The notes under the pieces are model-generated. The model made no database searches. It worked only from the letters and a program-made list of their open reading frames with translations, and was not told where the DNA came from. From Octopus vulgaris (lineage: Eukaryota): a stretch of DNA of 64,000 nucleotides. Below, piece after piece: positions 37,437 through 51,260 of this stretch; the first letter of the stretch is position 1; each line of letters begins with the position of its first letter. The position numbers and the translations under genes were made by a program. The stretch spans positions 35,092,001-35,156,000 of the forward strand of contig OX597814.1 in the NCBI GenBank assembly GCA_951406725.2, in the 5' to 3' direction.

Positions 37437-38790
37437 TACGAGGGTAAGCTGAAAAGTTCATAGGTTTATTATGAAGGAGTAATCCTAGTGCCGTAAAATC
37501 TTGCATGCATTAATTTCAAATCTTATTAATTGTCGCATTAAGTCTGATAGCTGGCAGAATCGTTAGCACGCTGAGAAAAATACTTCGTAACACTTCGTCC
37601 ATCATTACTTTCTAGGTTCAAATCTCACTGGATCGACTTTGCCTTTCACCATTCGGGATCAATAAAATAAGTACCAGTTGGGCATCGCGGTCGATGTAAC
37701 CTACTTGCTGACCTTGTGTCAAAATTTGAACTCATTAATTTTTTCCAGCTAAATTTACATCTGATTGTTCAAAGAAGACTTCAAAAGTAAGTAGTAGCGA
37801 CTTCTCTCGAAAAAGCTCAAAATTTGGCATCGTGGCAGAAAAAATGGTTTAGCCCCCAACAAAATTCATGTTGGTTGGTATGTTAGAGGATGACACCCCA
37901 GTATTATCAGCAGTGCAAAGTACACAGCTGAATTTAGAAGGAGAACGGAGTGTCTTAAACACGAGCAAAGGTCTGGACGCCATGCAATTGCCACCACCGA
38001 CGAAAACATTGATTGTGTTCATCACATGCTGAAATATGACGGGTTATTGACTTTAAATAAAATAGCCAATACTATTAACATATTGCGCGAAAGATTTGAA
38101 AATATTTTGCTCAATGAAGTTGGCATAGCGAAGATGTCTGCTCTGTGGACGCCACGTCTTCTAACATCTGATCCAAAGCGCATCCGTTTCTGCAAATTAT
38201 AGCAGAATCTAACATTTTTTTATGTAGATCCAGATGGTTTCTTTGAACATTTCCTAAACAAGAATGAGTTCTAGCTTCATAATATTTAGTTAGAAACAAA
38301 GATGCAATCTATGCAGAGCAAACATCTCTCTCCACTTACTTCAAAGTAGACCAAAGTCATTTCATCTGCAGAGAAGGTGGTGTTTCCCCTTTTGCAGAAT
38401 GCCAAAGGCATCTTCAATAGGGCCAAACCATAAATAGTGAATACTATGCCTACTTTCGGAGACAGTTACGAAAGTCTATCATGACCAAATGCCCAGGAAA
38501 TCTGACGGTAGGGATCGTGTATAATCAGTACGATGTTCCAGCAGACACGGCGTTGGTTTCAATGGCTGTTATGCGTGACTGTGACTTCGAAATATATGAT
38601 CAGCTATCTTATTCTTCTGATTTAACTCCATATGATTATCGTCTGTTCCCCAGGAAGCTTCCAACAGGATGGAAGCTTCTTTTTTGAATAGAAATCAAAC
38701 ACTGCAACAACGAAGAAAGGAGTGTGTGGAACGCAAGGGGGTTTTATGTTGAGAAGTAAACACCTGGTTTGATCATATTTTATCAGGTGA
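37437..38790 (+). mobile_element. Decayed mariner transposon with a nested SINE
   Basis: TA+CGAGGG terminus; RSGRHAIATTDENIDCVH; WTPRLLT (WVPR motif); YSSDLTPYDY (YSPDLAPSD motif). Confidence 0.85.
37545..37735 (+). mobile_element. SINE family A copy inserted in the mariner 5' UTR
   Basis: AGCTGGCAGAATCGTTAGCACG..CGACTTTGCCTTTCA..AAGTACCAGTTG..AAAATTTGAA. Confidence 0.82.
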
Positions 38791-38974
38791 GTTTGACTAT
38801 TTCGCTTGAAGATCGCTGTCGCGTCAGACTGAAATCGTGAGTTGAAATTGTTGCTTCACATTAATAAAAAAGACATATCATCTACAACGTACAGTCAGCA
38901 CTCCTTTTTCACAAAGTCGACAGTGAGCAACGTACTCTCTCTCTCCCCCTCTCTTTCTCTCTGTCTCTCTCTCG

Positions 38975-39016
<42 letters not shown>

Positions 39017-41249
39017 CATACGCACATATGCGAATGTGTACATGCCAATGTGTTCATGTATATACAACTTTGTGTTTATATATATACATATATATATATG
39101 TATACATATGTATATATAAACACACATATATATGTGTGCGTTAACGGTTGCATGCGTATGCACGTGTATGAGCCTATGTGTTTTTAAATGTCGGCGGGAG
39201 AAAAGAGTAACAAATGCTCTCAGATCATTGTCTCCTATGATATTTATTCTTTATTCGGCATCAAGCAACAGGAAATCTTTTCTCTCCCCCACCAGCAGAA
39301 AAGCAAGAAACCAATGATTTGTTCATGGAAACTTGCCACCAACGAATATCTCGTTCTCCAAATGTGATATAAAATAAATGTAATACATAGCAATATGCAT
39401 ATAGATAATCATTTCTATATCTTTATGACGGGACACCAAATGGTCATAAACAATATTGACATTTGCTTAATACAACGCTGGAGATCTGTTGCGTGACATA
39501 TGAGCTATTACTTGGTGAACATCACTCTGGTAACACTAGTAGAGTAAATATACTGACATCCTGAATCGCGATTCTTACTGCGTCATAGTCAATCTATCAA
39601 ACGACAAAACCACCCCCCAAAAAGAAAAGAAAAACAAGAAAGTAAAATAAGGAAAATAAGACAAAATGTACTTATGGAACAATACATGTAAGAAAGGAAA
39701 AGACATTATATATACATAAGATTTAAAAGATGCTCTATCACGGAGAAAGTTTAATAGCCGAAATGAAAATGGAATTAGCTAATTCTCAATCGTTTCTTAT
39801 ATTCTATGGCGATACTTCAGACTTTTAGTTACAAACTAAAAAACAAAAACAAAATTAAAAAAATCAAAATAATATATGCTATTACTGCAAGTTGTAAGCC
39901 AGCATCACGCCAGAATGGAGTATCAATATTTAGTTATCAAAGAAGGAAAGTCCAGTATGCATTTCTTAATTCCTGGCAAACATAATCAATTAAAATGCTG
40001 ATGGGTTTTGCGGAGCGATGTGATAATAGTTTTTATATGTGGACATAGAAATCAACTTAAAGCTAAAAATACATTGGAGAAATAATATATCCCTATACAT
40101 ACATGCATGCCTGCATACATACATACATACATACATATGTATTTGTATATACACATACAGACATATATATATGCACATACATATACATACACAAAGATAC
40201 ACACGCATACATGTACGGATAGATATATGTATTTCTTAAAGTTCCTGAGTTGGTCGAACCTATTGGGGTTTGTGTTGGTTTGGTGTTATATTATGCGTGC
40301 GTGTTTCAACTATTGTTTGTAAAACACCAGCAACGAACATTATACATGATTTCTACGTGTCTCCTTCACTATGTTGTAAATAATTCATTTATCGTCAAGC
40401 ATTCTGGATTAACTGTGAAGGAAGTATAAACATAGATATATTTACATAATTTTACACGCATTTATGTATTTGTTTAGACACATACGCACACATGTATAAA
40501 TATATAAATATGTACATATATATGTATACAGACATACGCATATGCATTACATGTCTGTCTCTGTGCATGAGTTGTGTATAAGAGTCGAAGAAGCTTCTAT
40601 AATTTTAGCACTGGATATTAAGTAAAGGGGCAATAGTTCCTATCCTATCTCCACTATGCACGTGTTTTTGTCCAGAACATCACTCCAAAAATATCTACAT
40701 TCAATACTCATATGATATAATGTAATATGTATGCATGTGTGCGTATGTGTATGTGTAGATAAGCATAATACTGCATTCGACAAATTATCTAGTCCACAGT
40801 AAGTGATTAGGCGTAAATGAAGAAATAAACAAGTTTCTTCGTTGTCATTAGCTAGTAAAATGTACAGGTAAAATGCGCACTCTTAGAATTAGTTATACTA
40901 GTAAAACCAAGCAACATATTCAACTATTCTTGGTTAGTATTATGTATAGACAATAGCCTTGCAAGCTTCCTAATCATTACGTCAACCGAATGAGAGAGAG
41001 AGAGAGGTAGATGCACAATAAAATACAGCAAGTAATTCAGTCTTCTTTTAAATGTCTAGCTTAACTTATACGTATAAAGTTTACTAGACAGTAAATCTAA
41101 TCACAAGAAACACTCTCTATGTACAAGTCAGAACGAAATATCACTATATAATAAAATTAGTTATATATAATATCCTGCGTAATAGTCTCCTACATCGGGC
41201 TGCATCTTTTTACATATAAGCCATAACATGAGCGCATTTAGCGAAAATC

Positions 41250-42430
41250 TAGAATTTGTATTCAAAGTAAAAAAATGAAATAAGGGTACCAAAAACTAAG
41301 CATGTGTAGAAAAAAAGAAATATCATTTAAAATAACCCACTCTTCAGGTCCAAGTATAGAGATAAAAAAAACGCGCTAAAGCTATTCACCAAATCCTTTC
41401 TAACCGACCATTACACCATAACTAATTACCTCGAAACATCATCGAAAATAACACTGAAGACAGGATAATGACAATTCCTAGCGAATTAACAAACTAATCT
41501 AAGGAAAAACAATAATTTAGATTCATCAGACACAAATTTCGATGAAAACACTTTGGTGACTTCCGAAAGACACGCTATATAGCAATCAGAGAAAATATCA
41601 ACAGAACAGAACAGTAGAGGCCACAGCGCAACAAATTAGTGGTGCAGGTTATAATGATGAGATAAACGGATTAAACGATTAAGTGAAACCTGATACAACA
41701 ACGAAATGAAGCCTCAAAAACAGGAAATTATAGGACACAACTGAAGCTAGATGGATAAAAAAATGTACGTGAAGAATTTTTCGATAAAATATAACTGAGC
41801 AACAGGCAATTAGTTCAAACGAGATACACACATACTCAGTCTGTAGTGTATATAGAAAGAATCCAACGAATCTATCGAAGCACATTTGGGATGTATGGAA
41901 GAAATGGAAGCATAAAGTGGACAATAGTATAAAGTATTGTTCTTGCAGAATATATTGGTGCAGACATTAAAATAAATTTATTTGATACAATTTGGATAGT
42001 GTGAACATTCATTGACGTACCAGCAATAGAAATTCTAGTAGTTACCCAACAATGACTACCTTAACAATAGAACAAAAACAGTTACCAACGAATTAACCGT
42101 TGCAAACATTGATAGAGACACCAGATGTTAAGTACAATGCAATTTATGTGACTCCAGAAAACCTATAGGAGTCAATATAGAAAGCAAAGAACTCGACAAC
42201 TAAATTTTTTTTATCTACAAGAGATATCTACAGGAAAAGGAAAAATTGCGATTTGCCGGAGAAAATTATAATGATGAGACAAGCAGAATTATCAGACAGT
42301 TGCATGACAACGATGAAAATACAAATCAGCAAAGGAAAAACACCGAAGTCAATTGAGACAAATAGAAAAAACAAACAAACAAAAAGACAATCGACTGAAG
42401 ATTCCTAAAGCATGAAACTAGCCACGACAA
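41250..42430 (+). mobile_element. Highly degenerate Penelope-like GIY-YIG endonuclease and 3' region
   Basis: Frameshifted remnants ATGN*FK (YIG..FK.R-like), STNLSKHIW, LNNR and CKH occur in the order typical of PLE GIY-YIG domains. A degenerate CTGAAGA..GAAA motif lies at 42395-42417. Confidence 0.45.
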
Positions 42431-43483
42431 AAAGTAGAAAGGCAAACATAATCTCCGTTTCGTTCCCCTCCCCGTTCGCTCCCTTTATGTATATTAGATT
42501 GTAAATTATTTCACGATAACATTCTACCGTTCTACTTTACATTCCACCTGATGGTTGTATTTGTTTAGCGTCCCTTCAGTCAAAATTTATAAGGAAAGAA
42601 GTTGCACTTGTTAACAGGCTATTTTTTGTGTTTGAGATAAAAAGTAACAAGAACTATACTATAGAAGATACCATTCTTCTCGGTTATAATTTAACAGAGA
42701 TGTAGCTGCTATTACTAACAAGCCTGGCAATCATATAAACGCTGTTTAAATTGGATCGTATTTATTCCTTGGCTGATGGTATACCCAGCTACACGATGAG
42801 CGACATATATCAGATCATTACTAAGCAACCTCGGTTTCTGATCTGAACCATTTGGACAAATAACTATTAATACTTCAGGTAGTTCACGAAATTATGTTGC
42901 TTACGGAAACCCAAGGCCAATAAATGCAGATAGCTTTTCAAGAACTTAGAAAAGGGTTTCAAAGATATAAATTGACATGCGTGGTCCAAAAACTGCAGGA
43001 ATTAAGGTGCAGGTCATTTACAATGAAATGCTATTATATATTTGCCCAATGTTTAAAGATAAAAATTCCTTTTATATACATGTATTCATATGTGCATCTG
43101 TACGTATATATGTATTTCATACCACACTCATTCACACACACACATACGCAAAGACACGCGTATATAGAGAACATATAAACATATATGTGAGCATGTATGC
43201 GCGTGTGATTGGATGTGTATAAGTACCTGTGTGTGTGTATGTATGTATTTATGTGTGTGGATTCTCTAACTGTATTTGTGAATGTGGTTAATTTTATCTC
43301 TATTTTCATGACCATGCTTGTCTATCGAAGTGCGAATAAAGATTTTTTCTTTTAATTTCTGAGAAATAATAAAATAAAAATAATCAGTCTAATCGTAAAA
43401 GCTTAAACGAAGGAATATATTTAACATATATGCATACATGTAATACATGTATATATATACGTATATATATATTATATATATAT

Positions 43484-43543
<60 letters not shown>

Positions 43544-44195
43544 CGATTAAGGAAGAGGATAAAAATTTTGATTTCTTTCACTTTTTCTTTTGCTAAATGA
43601 TAATTTATTTTTTTCTTCGAAAATCCTGGACGTTTTTCCCGTGATACTTCGTGGAACCGGAGAACAAACGACCTGCAGTTACTCATCAAATGCTTCGGAA
43701 CTGTATCGACTAAGACTAAAATCAATTAGCAAAGCGGGGAAAAAACAAGAAATGTAAAAGAAACTTCTCTTCAAAAAGTAAATATACCAATTTCTCGAAG
43801 ACCGAAAGGAAGTTCAAAGAAAAGATAGGGGAAAGACGTGAAAAACAAAAAAAAAAAATCAAATAGAATGAGCATTTAACGTTTGATATTTTTTCTTAAT
43901 ATTTGCATTAATTTTTTTTTCAATTTAATTGTGTATATTTTCGTTCGGTTTTCTTACATTACTTATACATATATACATATACTTACATACATACATACAA
44001 ACATACATACATACATACATACATACATACATACATACATACATACATACATACATACATACAGACATACAGACAGACATATATATATGTGTGTATAAAT
44101 ATATAATTTTTTGTATGTATTTTTCAGTAATTGCAACGAATTCGAAACACTCTTGATGCAAACTGTCAAAGTAAAATGTAGGAAAGGGAATAACA

Positions 44196-44234
44196 AAATA
44201 ATATTAATGATAATGATAATAATAATAATAATTA

Positions 44235-44300
<66 letters not shown>
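44196..44300. repeat. (AAT)n microsatellite
   Basis: Directly visible. Confidence 0.95.
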
Positions 44301-44302
<2 letters not shown>

Positions 44303-44522
44303 TTTCTATTATTGGCCACAAGGGGATGAAGATGATGATCGTTCTCTTATTCCAATACTCCTTTTTTATAGTCATTTGCTCATTATTATTTACTTGTTTA
44401 ACTTAACCTAAAGACAAAAATTTTAAAGATGTATATGTATACTCTCTGATGGTTGCGCCAAAACAAATTGTATACATACGTCTCTTTTTTTTCATGATTT
44501 CTCTTTAACTCTCTGATTCTCT

Positions 44523-44578
<56 letters not shown>

Positions 44579-44741
44579 TACATATACATGTGTGTGCGTT
44601 GTGTATGCATGGAGAGAGAGACAGAGAGAGGTAGAGAGAGGTAGAGAGATCGACACAAAGACTTTCTTACCTGTTTCTGAGCATGTACGCGTTTGTATGC
44701 GTGTATGTATGTTTGTATGAATGTATGCCTATATTTATATA

Positions 44742-44802
<61 letters not shown>

Positions 44803-45256
44803 AAAGCCTGGTATATAACCGAACATACTTAGTCATAGACACTTCCACGTACATAATCTTCATTCATATACATACATATATGCATACACGCACACATACA
44901 TGCGTATATATATATATATATATACAAGTATGCATCTGTATATGTGCTCGCATATGTATACCATGTATGGTGTTCGGTGTACGCATGTAAAGGTAAACGC
45001 TTGTGAATGATGCAGCAGAAGGTATACAGTATGTCTTATGTAATATTAAAAATATTCTTTATACTGCGTATATACGTAAACATATATATACACACATACA
45101 TGCACTCCCACACATGTATACATATACAAACACACATGCATACATACACACACATATATACATACGTGTATATATGCATCAGTGTGTATTTCCATGGCTG
45201 TGTTCGCATTTGTTTTGTTGTACATAATATTTGTCTCTGCATGTGTGTGTGTGTGT

Positions 45257-45323
<67 letters not shown>

Positions 45324-46540
45324 AATGCCGTTTTGAAGTATTTGAAAAGAAGTATGCCATGATCGCTGGAAATGTGGAAATGTGTCCGAAGCAGAGATGA
45401 TGTCAAAACGTGATTTGAATATTTGGTAGTTATTTCCATTTATTTTTTCGATTTTTTTTTACTTATTTATTGATTATTATTATTTTGGCAGAAGATAAAC
45501 AGGAAATAAATGGCAGATGGTAAAAAAGCAAATATATTTGCAGAAATTGTTGAAGAGATTATGTTTATCTTTTGTCAAGCGGATACGTTTTCTTGGCGAT
45601 TTCTCTATTCAGTACACAAACACACGGACACATATACATCCGTGTATACAAACAAATGTGTATATATATATATATATATATATAATCGCATTGGCTTACA
45701 CACACCACAAATACACATATATATCTACATACATAACCGTAGTAGGAAACATTCGCACAGATATTGCGATCTTAGCATTGCCTTGCTGTATATGACATAT
45801 TATTTATTATTATACTTTTTGTAGTTTTATAAATATGGTTCATAGTAAGAGAAATATGTTAACATCGGTCACGATATGCATGCTGTGATTCCTTAGTCTT
45901 CTAAGACAGCCAAATGACGCCGAAGCTTCACTCGTACGACTTTTGGGGTACAAGTCAACTACTGAAGTGCTTGTAACCTGTTATCCATAGGCAAAATATT
46001 TAATTCACAAATTGCTCTACCTATTTTCCTGTACGCAATTGCCGTAAGGTAGATATATCTTAACATCGTAGGAGCATTGTATGTTTAACGTATATTTTCT
46101 TATCCTACTGTTAGGCATTCAATATTTTCTGAAACCCTAGAAATAGTGATGAGAACCATTAATATATATTCTTACTTGAAGATCCAAAGAAATCTATTGC
46201 ACCCATTGGCTCTCAATAGGTCATTTTTATTCCAGTATTGATGTATTGAATTTCTACGTGTATCAATAATTTACCAACTTTTTTGATGATAGCTTCACTG
46301 TACCTAGTCAATCATACTTTGCCATAATAAACTTCTTTAAGTATACGATAATGGATATAACTACCTGTATTTATATTTCGTAACTTGTAAAACTATAGAA
46401 AGGTGCACATTAACTCTTGAAGTTGTGAGAAATCTATATTATTGGCAAGTGTTTCGTTTCCTTTCATGGCCCCCATTTAAATATCCCAATAATAAAAATT
46501 GAAGGATAATTTGTTCCTAAACAGTATATGAATATGAATA

Positions 46541-46800
46541 TTCAATTATCAAATGGAAACTCTATCATGCAACGCGAACTGTATTTTTCTAATGTAGCCT
46601 CTATCACGCCACATAGATATCCACTCTTCAAATGCAGCTTCCGTCGCGCTACTTGTGTACTTACGCTTCGAAAGACTCCTCTATCACATAATAGGGCCTC
46701 ACGCTCTTCAAAGCGACACTCTCGCACTCATCATGAATACTCGCTCTTCAAATAGAGACTCCAGCACGCAACAAGAATCCTCACCATTTAAATGAGACCT
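46541..46800. repeat. Degenerate 40-bp tandem repeat, ~6.5 units
   Basis: CTCTTCAAA recurs at 46624, 46704 and 46744, with variants near 46545, 46584, 46664 and 46785 (~40-bp phase). Confidence 0.75.
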
Positions 46801-47531
46801 CATAAGATAATCGGATGAAGTTTATTTTTCTTTTCAAAATATAATAACTTGCAAATGAAAAAAAATTCTGTTACACGAGTCTGCAACCTAATTTTGTTAT
46901 TTCATTTATTGTTGTATATACTTCATTGTTCACAGACATTTCACTAATGATCTTAGTCAACACAATAGTTATCTAATCTCATTATGAACTTAACAGGACT
47001 AGTCACCCATTGAGGGATATCTTTGATATGGAATACTTCGAGCAATAAACACCATTTATTTTACTTTCATGATGGGGACGAAATATTGATTGATTATTTG
47101 AGTGAGTCAGTGATTGATGAGTTCTTATTGAACCTAATGTTAAAAGTCATTCTCCGATCTCATCGATCACTGCACATTTTATTATCCCATAAAAACGGAT
47201 GTCCAAATAAATGATGTTGCAAGCAGCTCTTCAAACAATATTCTGCAAATGTTTTAAGCCGTCATTTTCGTATCATTTTAGACAAGATAAAAAAAAAAAT
47301 CACTCTGGACTTGATGCTGGGATGTCTTTAAATTCATTTTCTTTTGCTGATGAAACTGAATACAGTAAAGCACTAAATAGTGTGTGTTAATTTTCCCCTT
47401 AAGATTTATTGGACGAAGGTAGTTGTGTCCGAATATGAACAGATGCAGATAGAACAAGGAATATTCTCGAATTTAATTTGAAGACAAGATCATATTGAAA
47501 TTTATCTTAGAAAAATATTTTTTGTATAATT

Positions 47532-47910
47532 CTTTTACTCTTTTACTTGTTTCAGTCATTTGACTGCGGTCATGCTGGAGCACCGCCTTGAGTCGAGCAA
47601 GTCGACCCTCAGGACTTATTCTTTGTTGTAAGCCTAGTGCTTACTCTATCGGTCTCTTTTGCTGAACCACTAATTTACGGGGGACGTAAACACACCAGCA
47701 TCGGTTGTCAAGTGATGTTGGGGGGATAAACACAGACACACAAACACACATATATATATACACAACGGGCTTCTTTCAGTTTCCGTCTACCAAATCCACT
47801 CACAAGGCTTTGGTCGGCCCGAGGCTATAGTAGGAGACACTTTCCCAAGTTGCCACGCAGTGGGACTGAACCCCGAACCATGTGGTTGGTAAGCAAGCCA
47901 CTCCTGCGCC
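47532..47910 (-). mobile_element. tRNA-derived SINE family C, near full length
   Basis: Minus-strand head GGCGCAGGAGTGGC..GGTTCAGTCCCACTGCGTGG, tail GACTGAAACAAGTAAAAGAGTAAAAG, and a 7-bp TSD TATAATT at 47525-47531 and 47911-47917. A tail fragment also lies at ~31130-31215. Confidence 0.85.
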
Positions 47911-48791
47911 TATAATTGTAAATAATTACATAAATATTTGTTACTATCAGGTGATATCTAGAGTCAATGAGTTATCATGACAACACAATGACTGAAAAAG
48001 ATGCTATATTATTACTGAAAGGGTTCGTGTAGTTAGATTACTTTTTAGCATTAGAGGTGACTTTTCCTGAGGAAGACATGGTTAACTATATAAACATTAA
48101 AATATTCTTTTCAAAATAAAACTAAATAAAACTCCATACGAGTCTATAATTTATAAGCCAATACTTCTATTTATAATCAACTCCATTCCTAATATTAATT
48201 CTTCCGGAGTGAAAATGGCGAAGTTCCGCTAGTTTAAACTAAATAGTGTAAGTTTTGCTACACATGTACTCGTAAATGTTACATCCCTAAGATCTAGATA
48301 AATTTCCAATTTATATCTAAATCAGAAACATAATCACAGCTAACTAACATATATGGTTCATATTAAATTATATTAGCGAATCTAACTGGCATTACATGAC
48401 ACCAGTCTTAGAGCTTTGACAGAGCTATCATTAAATGTAGCCGCATCATTGACCTTCACTTGACAGAAACAGCAGCAGACACCATCGCCTATCGTTAATA
48501 TTGCCATCGTCCACATTTTAACCATCCTAAGGGAAATGTTAATCAGCTCGAAAGTACACCATTAAGAGGTTAGCTCTTATGTTAATTGCAAATTTGGTTA
48601 CGTTGCTTCAGGGTGTAATTTTCTCCTAATGTGGTTAGGTGTCGCTTATTATATAATTCCAATCCAAACGATGTGTTTGATTTTATTTAATATATTGCTC
48701 TTTACAACAGAAAAAAATATGTAAACGGACACGCACACACACACACATAAATATATGTGTATGCAGGCATTTTTATGTATATGTATGTATT

Positions 48792-48847
<56 letters not shown>

Positions 48848-49644
48848 TAGTACATATATACATGCTTATGTGTATGTATGTATTACATGAATATTCACAC
48901 ACACACACATGTGTTCTTGTGCATTCATAATTAATGTTCAAGCTGAGTATTTCAGTCAAGATTACAAGGAAATTATATACACATATATTTATACACATGT
49001 GTGTATAATCATATGTAGGAATGTGTTAATGAATACGTGTATGTATCTGTATGTGTGTGAAGGTGTTTTTATAACTGTATACGCAAAATGATTAGTGGAT
49101 TAGTTTCTAGCTGTTTCTAATAAGTAAATAATATACATAGTTGCTCATATAAGTGCCCGTATAGATGTGTGATGATGCGGATGCAAACACCTGCACACAA
49201 ACCTGCACACAAATATCTGGACACAAATACATACCTATAAACTGTATGTACTTATACACTCATACCACAAACACACAGTCATATACTCACCAATATGGAA
49301 TATAGTTACAATGCGATAAGATGGCATATAGTAGTTTTTCTATTTGATTAAGGAAAATTGGGGCCTGTCATGAACTAATGAACTAAACCTGAGGAAATCA
49401 TTAGTGAGTCATATTAATTTAATAATCAATAAGTGAATTCTTGATATTCTACATATATACTCATGCATACAGTCCATCACACACATTAACATATATATGA
49501 CCTCATACAGACACAGACACAAACACATATATGCATTTATGTGATTATTTCTTCATATGTATGTGTGTGTATATATGTGCGTCTATTCTTATATACCGAA
49601 TCTATCTACATGTATCATATATATACACATATCTATATATCTAT

Positions 49645-49689
<45 letters not shown>

Positions 49690-49827
49690 AATATATATAT
49701 ATATATATGTCTATATCTATATGCGTGTATTTCTATGTATATATACATACACACACATATATGCACATATATATATATATATATACATATATAAACACAC
49801 ATTGTATATATATATGTAAATATATAT

Positions 49828-49864
<37 letters not shown>

Positions 49865-50802
49865 CAATAGAAATACAATATCACTAACCAATATTGAACG
49901 GTTTCGATCAAACAGATAAGCAATTCACTATATCACTATAGTGGGTTAAAATGAGTTAAAATGAATAATGGATAATAGTTGCAAGTTGGGAATCAAGAAA
50001 ACAAAAGCTCTCTACATGCTACGTTGCATCATACGCTTTCTTTATCATGCATCACATGGGTCTGCCGTAAACCTCATCGGATAGGATTTGCACTTGTAAC
50101 AGTGAACAGGTATACATTGTTTTCTTGTTATCCAAATTACAACTGCATTTTTGTGGTAAATGATGCAGCATACTACAGTATAATAGGGGTTATAGTCCTT
50201 CGATGCTGTACTAAACTTTTTTGAAATTCTTTTTCTAACGTTTTCCATGTATTGTTTATATATGATTTTAATGTCTTTTAAGTGACATTTATATTTTGGG
50301 CTGACGTGCTAGAGTATACTAGTTACAAGTACATGCTCTGCGAATCCGAAATGTTGTTGTTATTGCCATTATTTTTGTTACCTAACTTCACTATTCCTGT
50401 GGTCAATGTCAAAGTCATTCCGATGAGACTATGATCACCGAAACACATTGTATCACTGACTTCATTCTCTAACTTATACTTCTGTTTTATTTCAGGCAGT
50501 GGAGTGTAATTTTTATTGCGTCATCGCGATATATAAATCATTTACTTTAACAAGCACTTTCCTAAGTTTTGCATACATGTTTTTAAAACCGAACTTTTAT
50601 AACCCTACATATAATCTGAATATAGTTGACAGCTAACTGCTAGTTGTATACGTTCGAGATATAGGGACGTATCTTGCTACACAGGCTTCTAGAACGGTAA
50701 GTTAGACCATATTTAAGTATTTTAAGACTAGTGAGTATCTAGTTGCTACTTTCCTTTGAGTGTGGCTGAATAATAATGTACCCTTTTAATATTATGTGAC
50801 TT

Positions 50803-51260
50803 TAAGGCGGTAGGCAAGCAGAATCGTTTGCGCTCCAGGTAAAGTGCTTCGCGATATTTCCTCCGATTTTCGTTTTTATTTCTGAGTTCAAACGCCGCCG
50901 AGGTTGTCTTTGCTTTTCATCTTTTCGGGGTTGATAAAATAAGTACCAGTTGTTTGCTGGTGTCGATGTAATCGACTTACCTCTTCTCCTAAAATTACTA
51001 TCCTTGTTCATAATTTGAAACCAATATCATGTGACGCTATAAGTTGATGAGCAGACATAATTGTCAGTACGCCGGGCAAAATGCTTAGCGGCATTTCAAC
51101 CGTCTTTGCATTCTGAGATCAAATTCAGGCGAGGTTGACTTTGTCTTTCATCCTTTCAAGGTCGATAAAGTAAGTACCAGTTGATCACTGGGGTTGGTGT
51201 AATCGACTTAAACCCTTCCACGAAGTTGCTGGCCTCGTACCAAATTCTGAAACCAGTATT
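50803..51260 (+). mobile_element. Two tandem SINE family A copies (AATTTGAAACC tail variant)
   Basis: Copies at ~50803-51025 and ~51040-51260, each with the GAG(T/A)TCAAA..GAGGTTG..AAGTACCAGTTG core. Confidence 0.85.

Noticed and set aside
46541-46800. CRISPR-like repeat-spacer array
   Set aside because: The variable parts are homologous to one another, the repeats are degenerate, the context is eukaryotic and there are no cas genes. It is a tandem repeat.
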